Program-made: the position numbers and the translations under genes
Notes under the pieces: model-generated
What the model was told of the DNA's origin: nothing
What the model saw: only the letters and a program-made list of their open reading frames with translations
Database searches by the model: none
Part shown: piece by piece, positions 1 through 7,254 of the stretch
Layout: each line of letters begins with the position of its first letter
Position numbering within the stretch: position 1 is the stretch's first letter
Assembly (NCBI GenBank): GCA_016287245.1
Contig: JAEEWG010000001.1
Location: forward strand, 335,761 to 359,760
Source: Clostridia bacterium
GTDB lineage: Bacteria; Bacillota; Clostridia; Saccharofermentanales; Saccharofermentanaceae
Length of the DNA stretch: 24,000 nt
Direction of reading: 5' to 3'

Positions 1-355
1 AGGGACTTACGAGAAGACTGGTACCAAAAGAATCGTACCCGTTTTCACTGGCAAACTTCGCGACATAGTCCATACGAAGGAAATAGCACATCTCGCAGCG
101 GGACGAATATTTCCCTTCCCAGCCTTTTTGAAACCATAGATCCATAAAGAAGTCATCGGAATAAAGGCATTTCAGATCGTAGATCTCCCCGAGTTTTACG
201 ATCTGTTCCTTTCTTCTTTCAAACTCAAACTTCGGATGGATATTCGGATTATAGTAAAGGATATCGGGACGGATCCCTTCGGAAAGAAGATCGGACACAG
301 GATACTCGGCACAGGGTGCACAGCATGCATGAAGAAGCATCTTCTCCCCGCTCAT
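1..355 (-). CDS. queH: Epoxyqueuosine reductase QueH (DUF208), N-terminal ~118 aa; 3' end runs off the window
   Basis: My own reverse translation from the ATG at 353-355 gives MSGEKMLLHACCAPCAEYPVSDLLSEGIRPDILYYNPNIHPKFEFERRKEQ... The LLHxCCAPC plus YNPNIHP pattern is the hallmark of QueH/DUF208. It is absent from the ORF track because the frame is open at the window edge. It starts 1 nt after the ruvB stop. Confidence 0.8.
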   Translation of the reverse strand, partial: MSGEKMLLHACCAPCAEYPVSDLLSEGIRPDILYYNPNIHPKFEFERRKEQIVKLGEIYDLKCLYSDDFFMDLWFQKGWEGKYSSRCEMCYFLRMDYVAKFASENGYDSFGTSLLVSP

Positions 356-356
356 A

Positions 357-1475
357 TCAGGACTCCTCTCTGTTTTCCATCATCTCATCGATGGTCATCT
401 GGGACGAGCCATTTATATCCTTGGAAGAGATACCCAGACCGCTCAGGCGCTTATCCATATCCGACGGACAAGTAAGGCCCAAGTGTTTCCAGCCCTGTGG
501 TGCCAGAACACGGCCTCTCGGTGTCTTGGCGATAAAGCCGCACTGCATAAGGAAAGGCTCATATACATCTTCGATCGTGCCGGCATCTTCCCCTGTGCAG
601 GCAGCAAGCGTATCGAGGCCGACTGGTCCTCCTAAGAACTTCTCGGCTATGGTGCTCATGATGCGGCGGTCGGTGGAATCAAGGCCCATCGCATCGATCG
701 ACAGCTGATCGAGACCGAACTCGGCGATCTCTTTATTAATGATGCCGCTGCCACGGACCTCGGCATAGTCGCGAAGACGCTTCAAAAGACGGATCGCGAT
801 ACGCGGGGTACCGCGGGATCTTCTGGCCAGGCAGTCCAGTCCTTCCTCATCGATCCCGATATTCAGGATACCGGCATCACGCTTGAGAATGACCTTCAAT
901 TCTTCAGGTTTATATAGTTCCAGACGATGTACCATACCGAAACGGTCACGAAGCGGGGCCGAAAGCATACCGGCACGGGTCGTGGCACCGATCAGGGTAA
1001 ATCTCGGAAGATCGAGACGGATGGATCTGGCGGATGGACCTTTACCGATCATAATATCGAGGGCAAAATCCTCCATCGCAGGATATAGAACTTCTTCCAC
1101 ACTTCTGTTTAGACGGTGGATCTCGTCGATAAAGAGGACTTCCCTCTCCTGAAGGCTCGTAAGAAGTGCCGCAAGATCGCCGGCCTTCTCGATAGCAGGA
1201 CCCGTCGTGATACGGAGATTCACGCCCATCTCGTTAGCAATGATGCCGGCCAGTGTCGTCTTACCCAGACCCGGCGGACCATAAAGAAGGCAGTGATCTA
1301 AAGACTCACCTCGACGCATCGCCGCCTCAATGAAGATCTTGAGGTTATCGGTCACCTGTTTCTGGCCGGAATAATCCGCCCAGGTCAGCGGCCGAAGCCC
1401 TTTTTCGTCACGATCCTCGGGAAGTCTTTCCCTCGCGATCATACGATCATCATGATCAAATTCCGTATAGTCCAT
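357..1475 (-). CDS. ruvB: Holliday junction branch migration helicase RuvB
   Basis: 372-aa ORF with Walker [12 protein letters not shown], Walker [10 protein letters not shown], and [23 protein letters not shown] plus [12 protein letters not shown], which are typical RuvB blocks. RBS AGGGAG lies upstream of the ATG. Confidence 0.97.
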   Translation of the reverse strand: MDYTEFDHDDRMIARERLPEDRDEKGLRPLTWADYSGQKQVTDNLKIFIEAAMRRGESLDHCLLYGPPGLGKTTLAGIIANEMGVNLRITTGPAIEKAGDLAALLTSLQEREVLFIDEIHRLNRSVEEVLYPAMEDFALDIMIGKGPSARSIRLDLPRFTLIGATTRAGMLSAPLRDRFGMVHRLELYKPEELKVILKRDAGILNIGIDEEGLDCLARRSRGTPRIAIRLLKRLRDYAEVRGSGIINKEIAEFGLDQLSIDAMGLDSTDRRIMSTIAEKFLGGPVGLDTLAACTGEDAGTIEDVYEPFLMQCGFIAKTPRGRVLAPQGWKHLGLTCPSDMDKRLSGLGISSKDINGSSQMTIDEMMENREES

Positions 1476-1491
1476 ATATATTCATCTCCCT

Positions 1492-1511
1492 GATCCCGAT
1501 ATTCCGGGATC
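1492..1511. other. Perfect 7-bp inverted repeat (GATCCCG-atattc-CGGGATC) in the 44-nt ruvA-ruvB spacer
   Basis: Read directly from the sequence. It sits between the ruvA stop (1520) and the ruvB RBS/start (1475). Function unknown; it could be an intercistronic RNA hairpin. Confidence 0.3.
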
Positions 1512-1519
1512 ACCTTATC

Positions 1520-2128
1520 TTATTTTGCAAGGATCCTAAGCGCATTTCGGATCATATGCTCCACACTTGCGCCTTCTTCATATACCTTACGGGCCGCTTT
1601 ATTCGCATCCGCAGCAGGATATCCGAGCACGACGAGAGCGGATACGCAGTCCTCCAGTTCAGACATGCCCGCTTCCGGAACGATCGATACGACATCGCTC
1701 TGTTTGTCAACAGAAGCCATATCAAATCCTTTAAGCTTATCCTTCAGTTCAAGGACGATCCTCTCAGCGGATTTCTTGCCCAGGCCCTTCACCGTGCAGA
1801 GTGTCTTGATATCTCCTGTGATCACGGCAACAGCCAGTTCCGAAGGACGAAGCACTTCCACGATCGCAATGGCACTCTTTGGGCCGATCCCGCTGACTGT
1901 AAGAAGAAGCTCAAACATATCCTGATCTTCCGGCTCCGGGAATCCGTAAAGTGCGATGATATCCTCTCTAACGTAGTGGTACGTATATACGCAGACTTCC
2001 TCTCCGATATGTCCGATCCTGCCCTGCAGCATCAGCGGCATATAGATCTTATATCCTATGCCGTTATTCTCGATAACGATATTCTCACCTCTGGCCGAGA
2101 CGAAAGACCCTTTGATGTATGCGTACAT
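1520..2128 (-). CDS. ruvA: Holliday junction DNA helicase subunit RuvA
   Basis: 202-aa ORF starting MYAYIKGSF...; VSGIGPKSAIAI and VKGLGKKSAERIVLELKDK are the two HhH motifs of RuvA. It abuts the ruvC stop with no gap. Confidence 0.95.
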   Translation of the reverse strand: MYAYIKGSFVSARGENIVIENNGIGYKIYMPLMLQGRIGHIGEEVCVYTYHYVREDIIALYGFPEPEDQDMFELLLTVSGIGPKSAIAIVEVLRPSELAVAVITGDIKTLCTVKGLGKKSAERIVLELKDKLKGFDMASVDKQSDVVSIVPEAGMSELEDCVSALVVLGYPAADANKAARKVYEEGASVEHMIRNALRILAK

Positions 2129-2665
2129 TTAGATATCCCACTCCTTTTTTCCATATCGGCCGTACTGATAACCGGCCACCGCGGCAAATGCGGAATTGAT
2201 GCCTGTATGTGCCTGACAGATTGCGATCGCCAGAGCGTCCGTCACGTCATCGGGCTTCGGAAGTTTCTCAAGATTCAGAAGCATCTTCACCATCTGGGAG
2301 ACCTGATTCTTATCGGCGCGTCCGTAGCCTGTGACCGCCTGCTTGATCTGCATCGGCGTATATTCGTAGACTGGAACATTGGCCTCGGCCGCGGCAAGTA
2401 TCTCTACACCTCTGGCCTGCGCCGTACCGATCGCCGTAGTCGTATTCTTCTGGAAGAAAAGCTCCTCGATCGCCATGACGTCCGGATGAAATCTCTCCAT
2501 TAGAGCATCCATCTGCTGATGCAGCGTCAGAAGCCTCTGTTCGAAAGGAGTATGTGCTTTGGTCGTGATGGCGCCGTAATCTAAAACGGTGAAATGGTTC
2601 TTCTCGTAAGAGATCACCCCATATCCCGTGATCGCATAGCCCGGATCGATTCCCAGAATGACCAT
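2129..2665 (-). CDS. ruvC: Crossover junction endodeoxyribonuclease RuvC
   Basis: MVILGIDPGYAITGYGVI... has the RuvC catalytic Asp in the GIDPG context, followed by AIEELFF and DALAIAICQAH. I prefer the ATG at 2665 because AGAAAGGGG lies 6 nt upstream. The ORF-track start at 2683 is a TTG inside that RBS region. Confidence 0.93.
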   Translation of the reverse strand: MVILGIDPGYAITGYGVISYEKNHFTVLDYGAITTKAHTPFEQRLLTLHQQMDALMERFHPDVMAIEELFFQKNTTTAIGTAQARGVEILAAAEANVPVYEYTPMQIKQAVTGYGRADKNQVSQMVKMLLNLEKLPKPDDVTDALAIAICQAHTGINSAFAAVAGYQYGRYGKKEWDI

Positions 2666-2688
2666 ACACTGCCCCTTTCTCAAAATCT

Positions 2689-2700
2689 GAACATTCGTTC
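2689..2700 (-). promoter_or_regulatory. Candidate LexA (Cheo/SOS) box GAAC-N4-GTTC overlapping the ruvC transcription start region
   Basis: The minus strand reads aGAACGAATGTTCa, starting 7 nt downstream of the TATAAT -10 and upstream of the ruvC RBS. It matches the Gram-positive LexA core GAAC-N4-GTTC perfectly. Confidence 0.6.
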
Positions 2701-2707
2701 TTTTAGC

Positions 2708-2736
2708 ATTATAACAATCATTTTCCGCACGTGCAA
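2708..2736 (-). promoter_or_regulatory. SigA-type promoter for ruvCAB: TTGCAC-17 nt-TATAAT with TGT extended -10
   Basis: The minus strand reads TTGCACgtgcggaaaatgattgTTATAAT. The -35 is at 2731-2736, the -10 at 2708-2713, and the spacer is exactly 17 nt. It lies immediately downstream of the pdp stop codon (2740-2742). Confidence 0.65.
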
Positions 2737-2739
2737 CCG

Positions 2740-4068
2740 TTACGGATTAAGTATGTCGAATATCTCCTCGGGCGCATCAACAGGCGTATCCGAGATCTCG
2801 TACGCATTCTGCATGCGGAAAAGCGCTTCGTCGATGCGATCATCTCCGACCGGGTCTTTTGAACCCGTATACAGCGTGAAAAGTTCCTCTCCCCGCTTGA
2901 CCTTGTCGCCGATCTTCTTATGGAGGCGGATCCCCGCGCCCATATCGATCACGTCATCCTTTTCCATTCTTCCGGCACCCAGAAGGCACGAAGCCTCTCC
3001 CACCGAAAGAGCATCACAGGAAGAGACATAACCGTCCTTTTCAGCAAATACCGTCATGACCTCAAACGGCTGGTCCGAGAAGACCGGAGTTCCGTCAGAA
3101 TTGAGAATTCCGCCCTGCGAGAGGATGAGTTCTCCGAACTTTTCAAAGGCTTTACCGGAATCGATCTTCTCCTTACACATGGCCATCAGAGTCTTCCGGT
3201 CCTTATCCTTGCCCACATCTGTGAAGCGGAGCATCTCGGATGCCATGGTAAGAACGACTTTCAGGACATCTTCTTTTCCTCTTCCGGAAAGGACATTCAC
3301 GACTTCCTGCATCTCCAGGATGTTTCCGACCATCTCGCCGAGAGGCTGCTGCATCGAAGAAAGAACACATGTGACCGGTTTCCCGGAAAGCTTTCCGATG
3401 GAGATCATCTGCCGGCTCAGCTCTCTTGCCGAATCAAGATCTTTCATGAAAGCACCGCTTCCGCAGGTGATATCGAGTACGATGGCGTCCGCTCCGCCGG
3501 CGATCTTCTTACTCATAATGCTTGAGGCGATCAGGGGGATCGAAGGTACCGTACCTGTTACATCACGAAGTGCATAGAGATACTTATCACAGGGCGCAAG
3601 ATCAGATGTCTGTCCGCCGAGGAGCATACCGCACTTTTCGATCTTTTCCTTAAATTCCGAAGGAGAAACGGATGTGCAGAAACCTTCTATGGACTCAAAC
3701 TTATCGATGGTACCGCCCGTAAAGCCCAGTCCCCTTCCGGAGAGCTTGACACAGGGGATCCCGAATGAAGAGACGATCGGCAGAAGGATCGGCGTGACTT
3801 TATCGCCGACACCGCCTGTACTATGCTTATCCACCTTAATACCGGGAATATCCGAAAGATCGCAGATCTTACCGGAGCGGGACATACTGATCGTAAGATC
3901 TGCCGTCTCCTGATCCGTCATTCCCTGAAAAAGGACGGCCATAAGAAAGGAAGAGATCTGGTAGTCCGGGATCGTCTTATCGGTGACCCCAGAAACAAAG
4001 AATTCGATCTCATCTTTGGCAAGGGCCTTCCCGTCACGTTTCTTTTCGATCAGTTCCAGCATATTCAT
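2740..4068 (-). CDS. pdp: Pyrimidine-nucleoside (thymidine) phosphorylase
   Basis: 442-aa ORF containing IEKKRDGKALAKDEIEFFV, KVDKHSTGGVGDKVT and SGRGLGFTGGTIDK, the signature blocks of the thymidine/pyrimidine-nucleoside phosphorylase family. RBS GGGGGA lies 8 nt upstream. Confidence 0.93.
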   Translation of the reverse strand: MNMLELIEKKRDGKALAKDEIEFFVSGVTDKTIPDYQISSFLMAVLFQGMTDQETADLTISMSRSGKICDLSDIPGIKVDKHSTGGVGDKVTPILLPIVSSFGIPCVKLSGRGLGFTGGTIDKFESIEGFCTSVSPSEFKEKIEKCGMLLGGQTSDLAPCDKYLYALRDVTGTVPSIPLIASSIMSKKIAGGADAIVLDITCGSGAFMKDLDSARELSRQMISIGKLSGKPVTCVLSSMQQPLGEMVGNILEMQEVVNVLSGRGKEDVLKVVLTMASEMLRFTDVGKDKDRKTLMAMCKEKIDSGKAFEKFGELILSQGGILNSDGTPVFSDQPFEVMTVFAEKDGYVSSCDALSVGEASCLLGAGRMEKDDVIDMGAGIRLHKKIGDKVKRGEELFTLYTGSKDPVGDDRIDEALFRMQNAYEISDTPVDAPEEIFDILNP

Positions 4069-4106
4069 ATATGTCGTCCCCCTTCGTTTTCATTCTATTG
4101 ATATTG

Positions 4107-4115
4107 TACCATTTT
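4107..4115 (-). promoter_or_regulatory. Candidate extended -10 (TGGTACAAT) for pdp
   Basis: The minus strand reads TGGTACAAT about 39 nt upstream of the pdp ATG. No convincing -35 (GAAGAG at 17 nt). Confidence 0.35.
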
Positions 4116-4122
4116 ATGTTGG

Positions 4123-4150
4123 TTTCTCTTCCCGTTATGTTAGAATATCG
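4123..4150 (+). promoter_or_regulatory. Candidate promoter for the oxidoreductase gene: TTGGTT-16 nt-TAGAAT with TGT extended -10
   Basis: TTGGTT is at 4123-4128 and tgtTAGAAT ends at 4150, 28 nt upstream of the ATG at 4179. It interleaves with the divergent pdp promoter candidate. Confidence 0.45.
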
Positions 4151-4178
4151 ATATACCATCAGGAAGGAAGGGGAATTT

Positions 4179-5330
4179 ATGCCTGAACAAGCAGAACAAC
4201 CCATCAAGCTAAAGGTCGCCATCATCGGATGCGGAAGAGTCAGCGAAAAGCACATCCGCGCCGTCGCCAAACTTTCAGACCGTCTTTGTCTTTCGGCACT
4301 TGTGGATAATAATCCGGACGCCCCGAATAACCTTCTGAATGCGTGCAAAAAGAAGATCAAGAAGATCTCGGAACTGAAAAGTTCCCTGAAAACATATATC
4401 GACTACAAGGAAATGCTCAAGGATATCCATCCGGATATCGTTGCGATCACGGTTCCTTCCGGACTTCACTACGAGATCGCGAAGGATTGTCTTACGGCCG
4501 GCTGCAATATCCTTCTGGAAAAGCCCATGACCATGAGCAACAAGTCCTCCCGCGAGCTGTATGAGCTTTCTTCCAGTCTGGGACTTAAGATCGCCATGGG
4601 TCATATCTACCGCTACTTCCCGATCGTGTCTCTTCTTCATGAGGACATGGTCAATGGTGTGTTCGGTAAGGTCGGTCACGGTTCCGTCATCGTCCGCTGG
4701 GGACACGATAACGACTACTATAAGCAGGCGGCATGGCGCGGCACATGGAAAAGTGACGGCGGCGCACTCATGAACCAGACGGTCCATGCGCTCGATCTGA
4801 TGTGCTATCTCATGAATGCCGAAGCCGTAAAGGTCGATGGAATGCTTTCCCGCCGTTTCCGCGATATGGAAGCCGAAGATACAGCCATGGGCGTGTTCAC
4901 CTTCTCTAATGGTGCACTCTGCCAGGTGGAAGGCACAACGGCCACTTTCCCCAAGGATCACGAGGCCTCATTCTTTATCAATGCGGAAAAAGCCGCGATC
5001 CGTATCGCTCTTCGGAAAGGCAAGCCTTCCTATTCCATCACTACGGAAAAAGGCAAGAACCTGGCGTTCCGTTATCTGCGCAGATACATCAAGAACGTCG
5101 GTATTTCCTATCTCATCTCTGTAGCAAAAAATCCGCATTACGGCATTTACTGTGATCTGCATAACGCGATCACGACAGGCACATCTCCTGTCGCAGACGG
5201 AAGATCCGGTTATCTTTCCGTGGACATGGTCCTGGGATTTTACCGTTCCGTACTGAAAAAGGGCGATGTAGAACTTCCCCTGTCGTCTGAATTCAAGATC
5301 GAGGAAATGTCGAAGCTGGAACTGAACTGA
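4179..5330 (+). CDS. Gfo/Idh/MocA-family NAD(P)-dependent oxidoreductase (possibly a sugar or nucleotide-sugar dehydrogenase)
   Basis: Rossmann start KVAIIGCGRVSEKH, the conserved EKPM motif (LLEKPMTMS), and WRGTWKSDGGALMNQTVHALDL. The start is set at the ATG at 4179, preceded by AGGAAGGAAGGGG. The ORF-track start at 4071 adds 36 aa of intergenic read-through. Confidence 0.9.
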   Translation: MPEQAEQPIKLKVAIIGCGRVSEKHIRAVAKLSDRLCLSALVDNNPDAPNNLLNACKKKIKKISELKSSLKTYIDYKEMLKDIHPDIVAITVPSGLHYEIAKDCLTAGCNILLEKPMTMSNKSSRELYELSSSLGLKIAMGHIYRYFPIVSLLHEDMVNGVFGKVGHGSVIVRWGHDNDYYKQAAWRGTWKSDGGALMNQTVHALDLMCYLMNAEAVKVDGMLSRRFRDMEAEDTAMGVFTFSNGALCQVEGTTATFPKDHEASFFINAEKAAIRIALRKGKPSYSITTEKGKNLAFRYLRRYIKNVGISYLISVAKNPHYGIYCDLHNAITTGTSPVADGRSGYLSVDMVLGFYRSVLKKGDVELPLSSEFKIEEMSKLELN

Positions 5331-5353
5331 TCAAATCACCTGTAAACGAAAAA

Positions 5354-7252
5354 TCAAGCCTGCGGCGCCGGCTCCGAAGCACCTTCGGAAGGCGTCGTAT
5401 TTGCGTTTTCTGCAGGTTCAGCCGAACTGATCGGTGTCTCTTCCGGAGCAGTCTGGGCTTCACTTGTAACTTCGGATGCACTTTCAGCAGAACTCTCGGA
5501 CGAAGATGCCGGTGTCGTGCTTTCAGAAGGCGGAGTCGCGCTGGTTTCCGAAGGGGTCGTCTCCGCTGGCGTCTCCGAAGGTGTAGTATCCGCTGTCGAC
5601 TCAGAAGGTGTCGTCTCCACGGATTCCGTTGTGGATTCTGTGGTATCTTCAGGAGTCGTCTCTGTCGTTTCTTCCGGAGTCGTCACTGCTTCAGTAGACT
5701 CACTCGGTTCATCTGTAGCTTCCGTCGGAGCTGCTGTTGTCGTCGGGACCGGTGTCGGATCGTAGAATTCCGTCGGATGTGTATCGTTGATCGTCGGATC
5801 TTCGGTAGAGATCATCTCGAGCGGAACATAACCCATCAGGCCGTTCTCTTTCTTTACCTTCGCAAAACTGTCGTTGGAAGCAAGAAGCGTCACAGCTTCA
5901 CCGCGAGCGAGAGTATCGATCGCCTGGCTGTCGAGAGACTCTTCTACATAAAGTGCAGTATCATCGTAAAGCGCATATACGACCTGACCTGCGTTCTCGT
6001 CGTTGAATTCAGAGGTCGCTTCCGAGGTCTTGATCGGCTTTAAGTTACCTGTCCAATGTCCTGCATTAAAGAGGATGTACATCGCCACATAACCCAGGAT
6101 CGCAGCGACAACAAAGATCGCAAGACCGATCAGGAAGGTCTTTAAGCCCTTCTTCTTTTTCTTATCGGACTTCTCTTTTTTCTTCTTCGGTGCGTAAGCG
6201 ACTTCGAGATCGTCGTCTTCATCCTCAAACTCGTCTTCCTCGTTTTCATCCCCGACCGGCGGCACAATATTAGTCATCGCCTGGTTCATCTGATATCGGA
6301 GTTCTTCGGATTGGATCGTAGGTGCATCTTCCGCAGATACGGCCGGAGAAGGTGCAGAAACAGGCACTTCCGGAACGACCGGGCGCGGTGCTACGGAAAG
6401 ATCATTCGTAACAGCAGCTTCCTCGATCTTCGCATCACCCGGCAGGAGCAGCGTGCTCTCAATACGGATAACAAGTGCGGTAAGACCGAACTTGACCTGA
6501 TTGTCCATAGCAAAAGAGATGATCTCCGATGCTTTTGTTTCAGGCTGCGTCGGACGTGCGATCACGGTACCGAGCTTCTGGATCGGCACACACTGGTCAA
6601 GACCGGTACCGAGCATGACGATCTCGTCCCCGTCTTTGAGCTTCAGGTGTACTTTCTTATCCGGGATCACTTCCCCGTCCTGGGCGAAACGTCCGAGGTA
6701 CTGGGTCAGTTCATTTCTTCCTTCGTGCGTATATTCGGCTTCCTTCGTAATGGCGCCCATCTGCACATAACGGTGAGCGACCGTCTGATTTTCAGTAAGA
6801 GAGATCAGCTTGCCGTCACGGAAAAGCCAAACATGTGTATTACCGATATTTAAGACACGGAGCGTATCCCCTTCGATAATGACCATGGACATGGACACAC
6901 GGAGGTTCGCGCCGTTGTTCTTGACGGATTCCTGGCAGACCGTGTTATTCAGCACGGTCACGACCTGATTGGTAAAGCTCTCATAGTCGAGAACGCTCAT
7001 CAGCTGTGTCTGCGCAGTGATCTCCTGCATCTTGGAAAGAACAGACTGGAGCGTCATGGCCGCAAGGGTATCTTCGCCCTGGGCCGAGAAACATGCACAG
7101 ATCTGGATCGGTGCCGTAGATCTGGCGGAACGGACATATGAAGATGTAAACTCTTCCGGAACGCGGTAAAGGCTGTGGAAGAATACATTTTCCTGATTTT
7201 GTCCTTGGATCTGATTGGTTTCACAAACCACTGCAGATGAAGTCTTACTCAT
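5354..7252 (-). CDS. Single-pass membrane protein: cytoplasmic degenerate PP2C-like domain, Pro-rich and charged linker, TM helix, extracellular SH3b-like domain, T/S/E/P-rich tail
   Basis: 632-aa ORF. Residues ~1-265 follow the bacterial PP2C scaffold (LRVLNIGNTHVWLFRDGKLISLTENQTVAHRYVQMGAITKEAEYTHEGRNELTQYLG; IVMLGTGLDQ). The TM helix is TFLIGLAIFVVAAILGYVAMYILF (nt 6068-6139), preceded by KKKKEKSDKKKKKGLK. The SH3b-like segment is LYVEESLDSQAIDTLARGEAVTLLASNDSFAKVKKENGLMGYVPLEMI. The ATG lies 2 nt after the LCP stop, with GGGAGGAA upstream. Confidence 0.85.
   Translation of the reverse strand: MSKTSSAVVCETNQIQGQNQENVFFHSLYRVPEEFTSSYVRSARSTAPIQICACFSAQGEDTLAAMTLQSVLSKMQEITAQTQLMSVLDYESFTNQVVTVLNNTVCQESVKNNGANLRVSMSMVIIEGDTLRVLNIGNTHVWLFRDGKLISLTENQTVAHRYVQMGAITKEAEYTHEGRNELTQYLGRFAQDGEVIPDKKVHLKLKDGDEIVMLGTGLDQCVPIQKLGTVIARPTQPETKASEIISFAMDNQVKFGLTALVIRIESTLLLPGDAKIEEAAVTNDLSVAPRPVVPEVPVSAPSPAVSAEDAPTIQSEELRYQMNQAMTNIVPPVGDENEEDEFEDEDDDLEVAYAPKKKKEKSDKKKKKGLKTFLIGLAIFVVAAILGYVAMYILFNAGHWTGNLKPIKTSEATSEFNDENAGQVVYALYDDTALYVEESLDSQAIDTLARGEAVTLLASNDSFAKVKKENGLMGYVPLEMISTEDPTINDTHPTEFYDPTPVPTTTAAPTEATDEPSESTEAVTTPEETTETTPEDTTESTTESVETTPSESTADTTPSETPAETTPSETSATPPSESTTPASSSESSAESASEVTSEAQTAPEETPISSAEPAENANTTPSEGASEPAPQA
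5521..5622 (-). repeat. Degenerate ~24-27-nt tandem repeat encoding (D/E)TTPSE(T/S)xA-type units in the tail of the PP2C-like protein
   Basis: The plus strand shows about 4 successive units of the form tYCnGAAGGnGtnGTntCCgCtGnCG. The protein reads ...VETTPSESTADTTPSETPAETTPSETSATPPSES... Confidence 0.5.
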
Positions 7253-7254
7253 TT

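Noticed and set aside
2310-2669. 119-aa minus-strand ORF nested within ruvC, and small nested ORFs such as 7977-8189, 11113-11307, 14510-14788 and 23618-23812
   Set aside because: They are alternative frames of confidently assigned genes. Their composition is Arg-rich and biased, and they have no RBS and no family resemblance.
4071-4178. ORF-track N-terminal extensions at 4071 (oxidoreductase), 8416 (lipoprotein), 14990 (dut), 22483 (purL) and 2683 (ruvC)
   Set aside because: In each case an internal ATG is preceded at 5-9 nt by a strong Shine-Dalgarno sequence and gives the canonical N-terminus of the family. The longer versions start in promoter or RBS sequence or overlap the upstream gene heavily.
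5373-5389. Hairpin TCCGAAG-cac-CTTCGGA just after the oxidoreductase stop, considered as a possible plus-strand terminator
   Set aside because: It lies inside the 3' coding end of the convergent 632-aa gene and is not followed directly by a U-tract (the T-rich run starts about 10 nt later). There is not enough evidence to call a terminator.
5517-5765. 82-aa plus-strand ORF rich in V/S/G (…GVVSAGVSEGVVSAVDSEGVVS…)
   Set aside because: It is the antisense reading of the T/S/E/P repeat tail of the 632-aa protein. The repeat periodicity explains the open frame.
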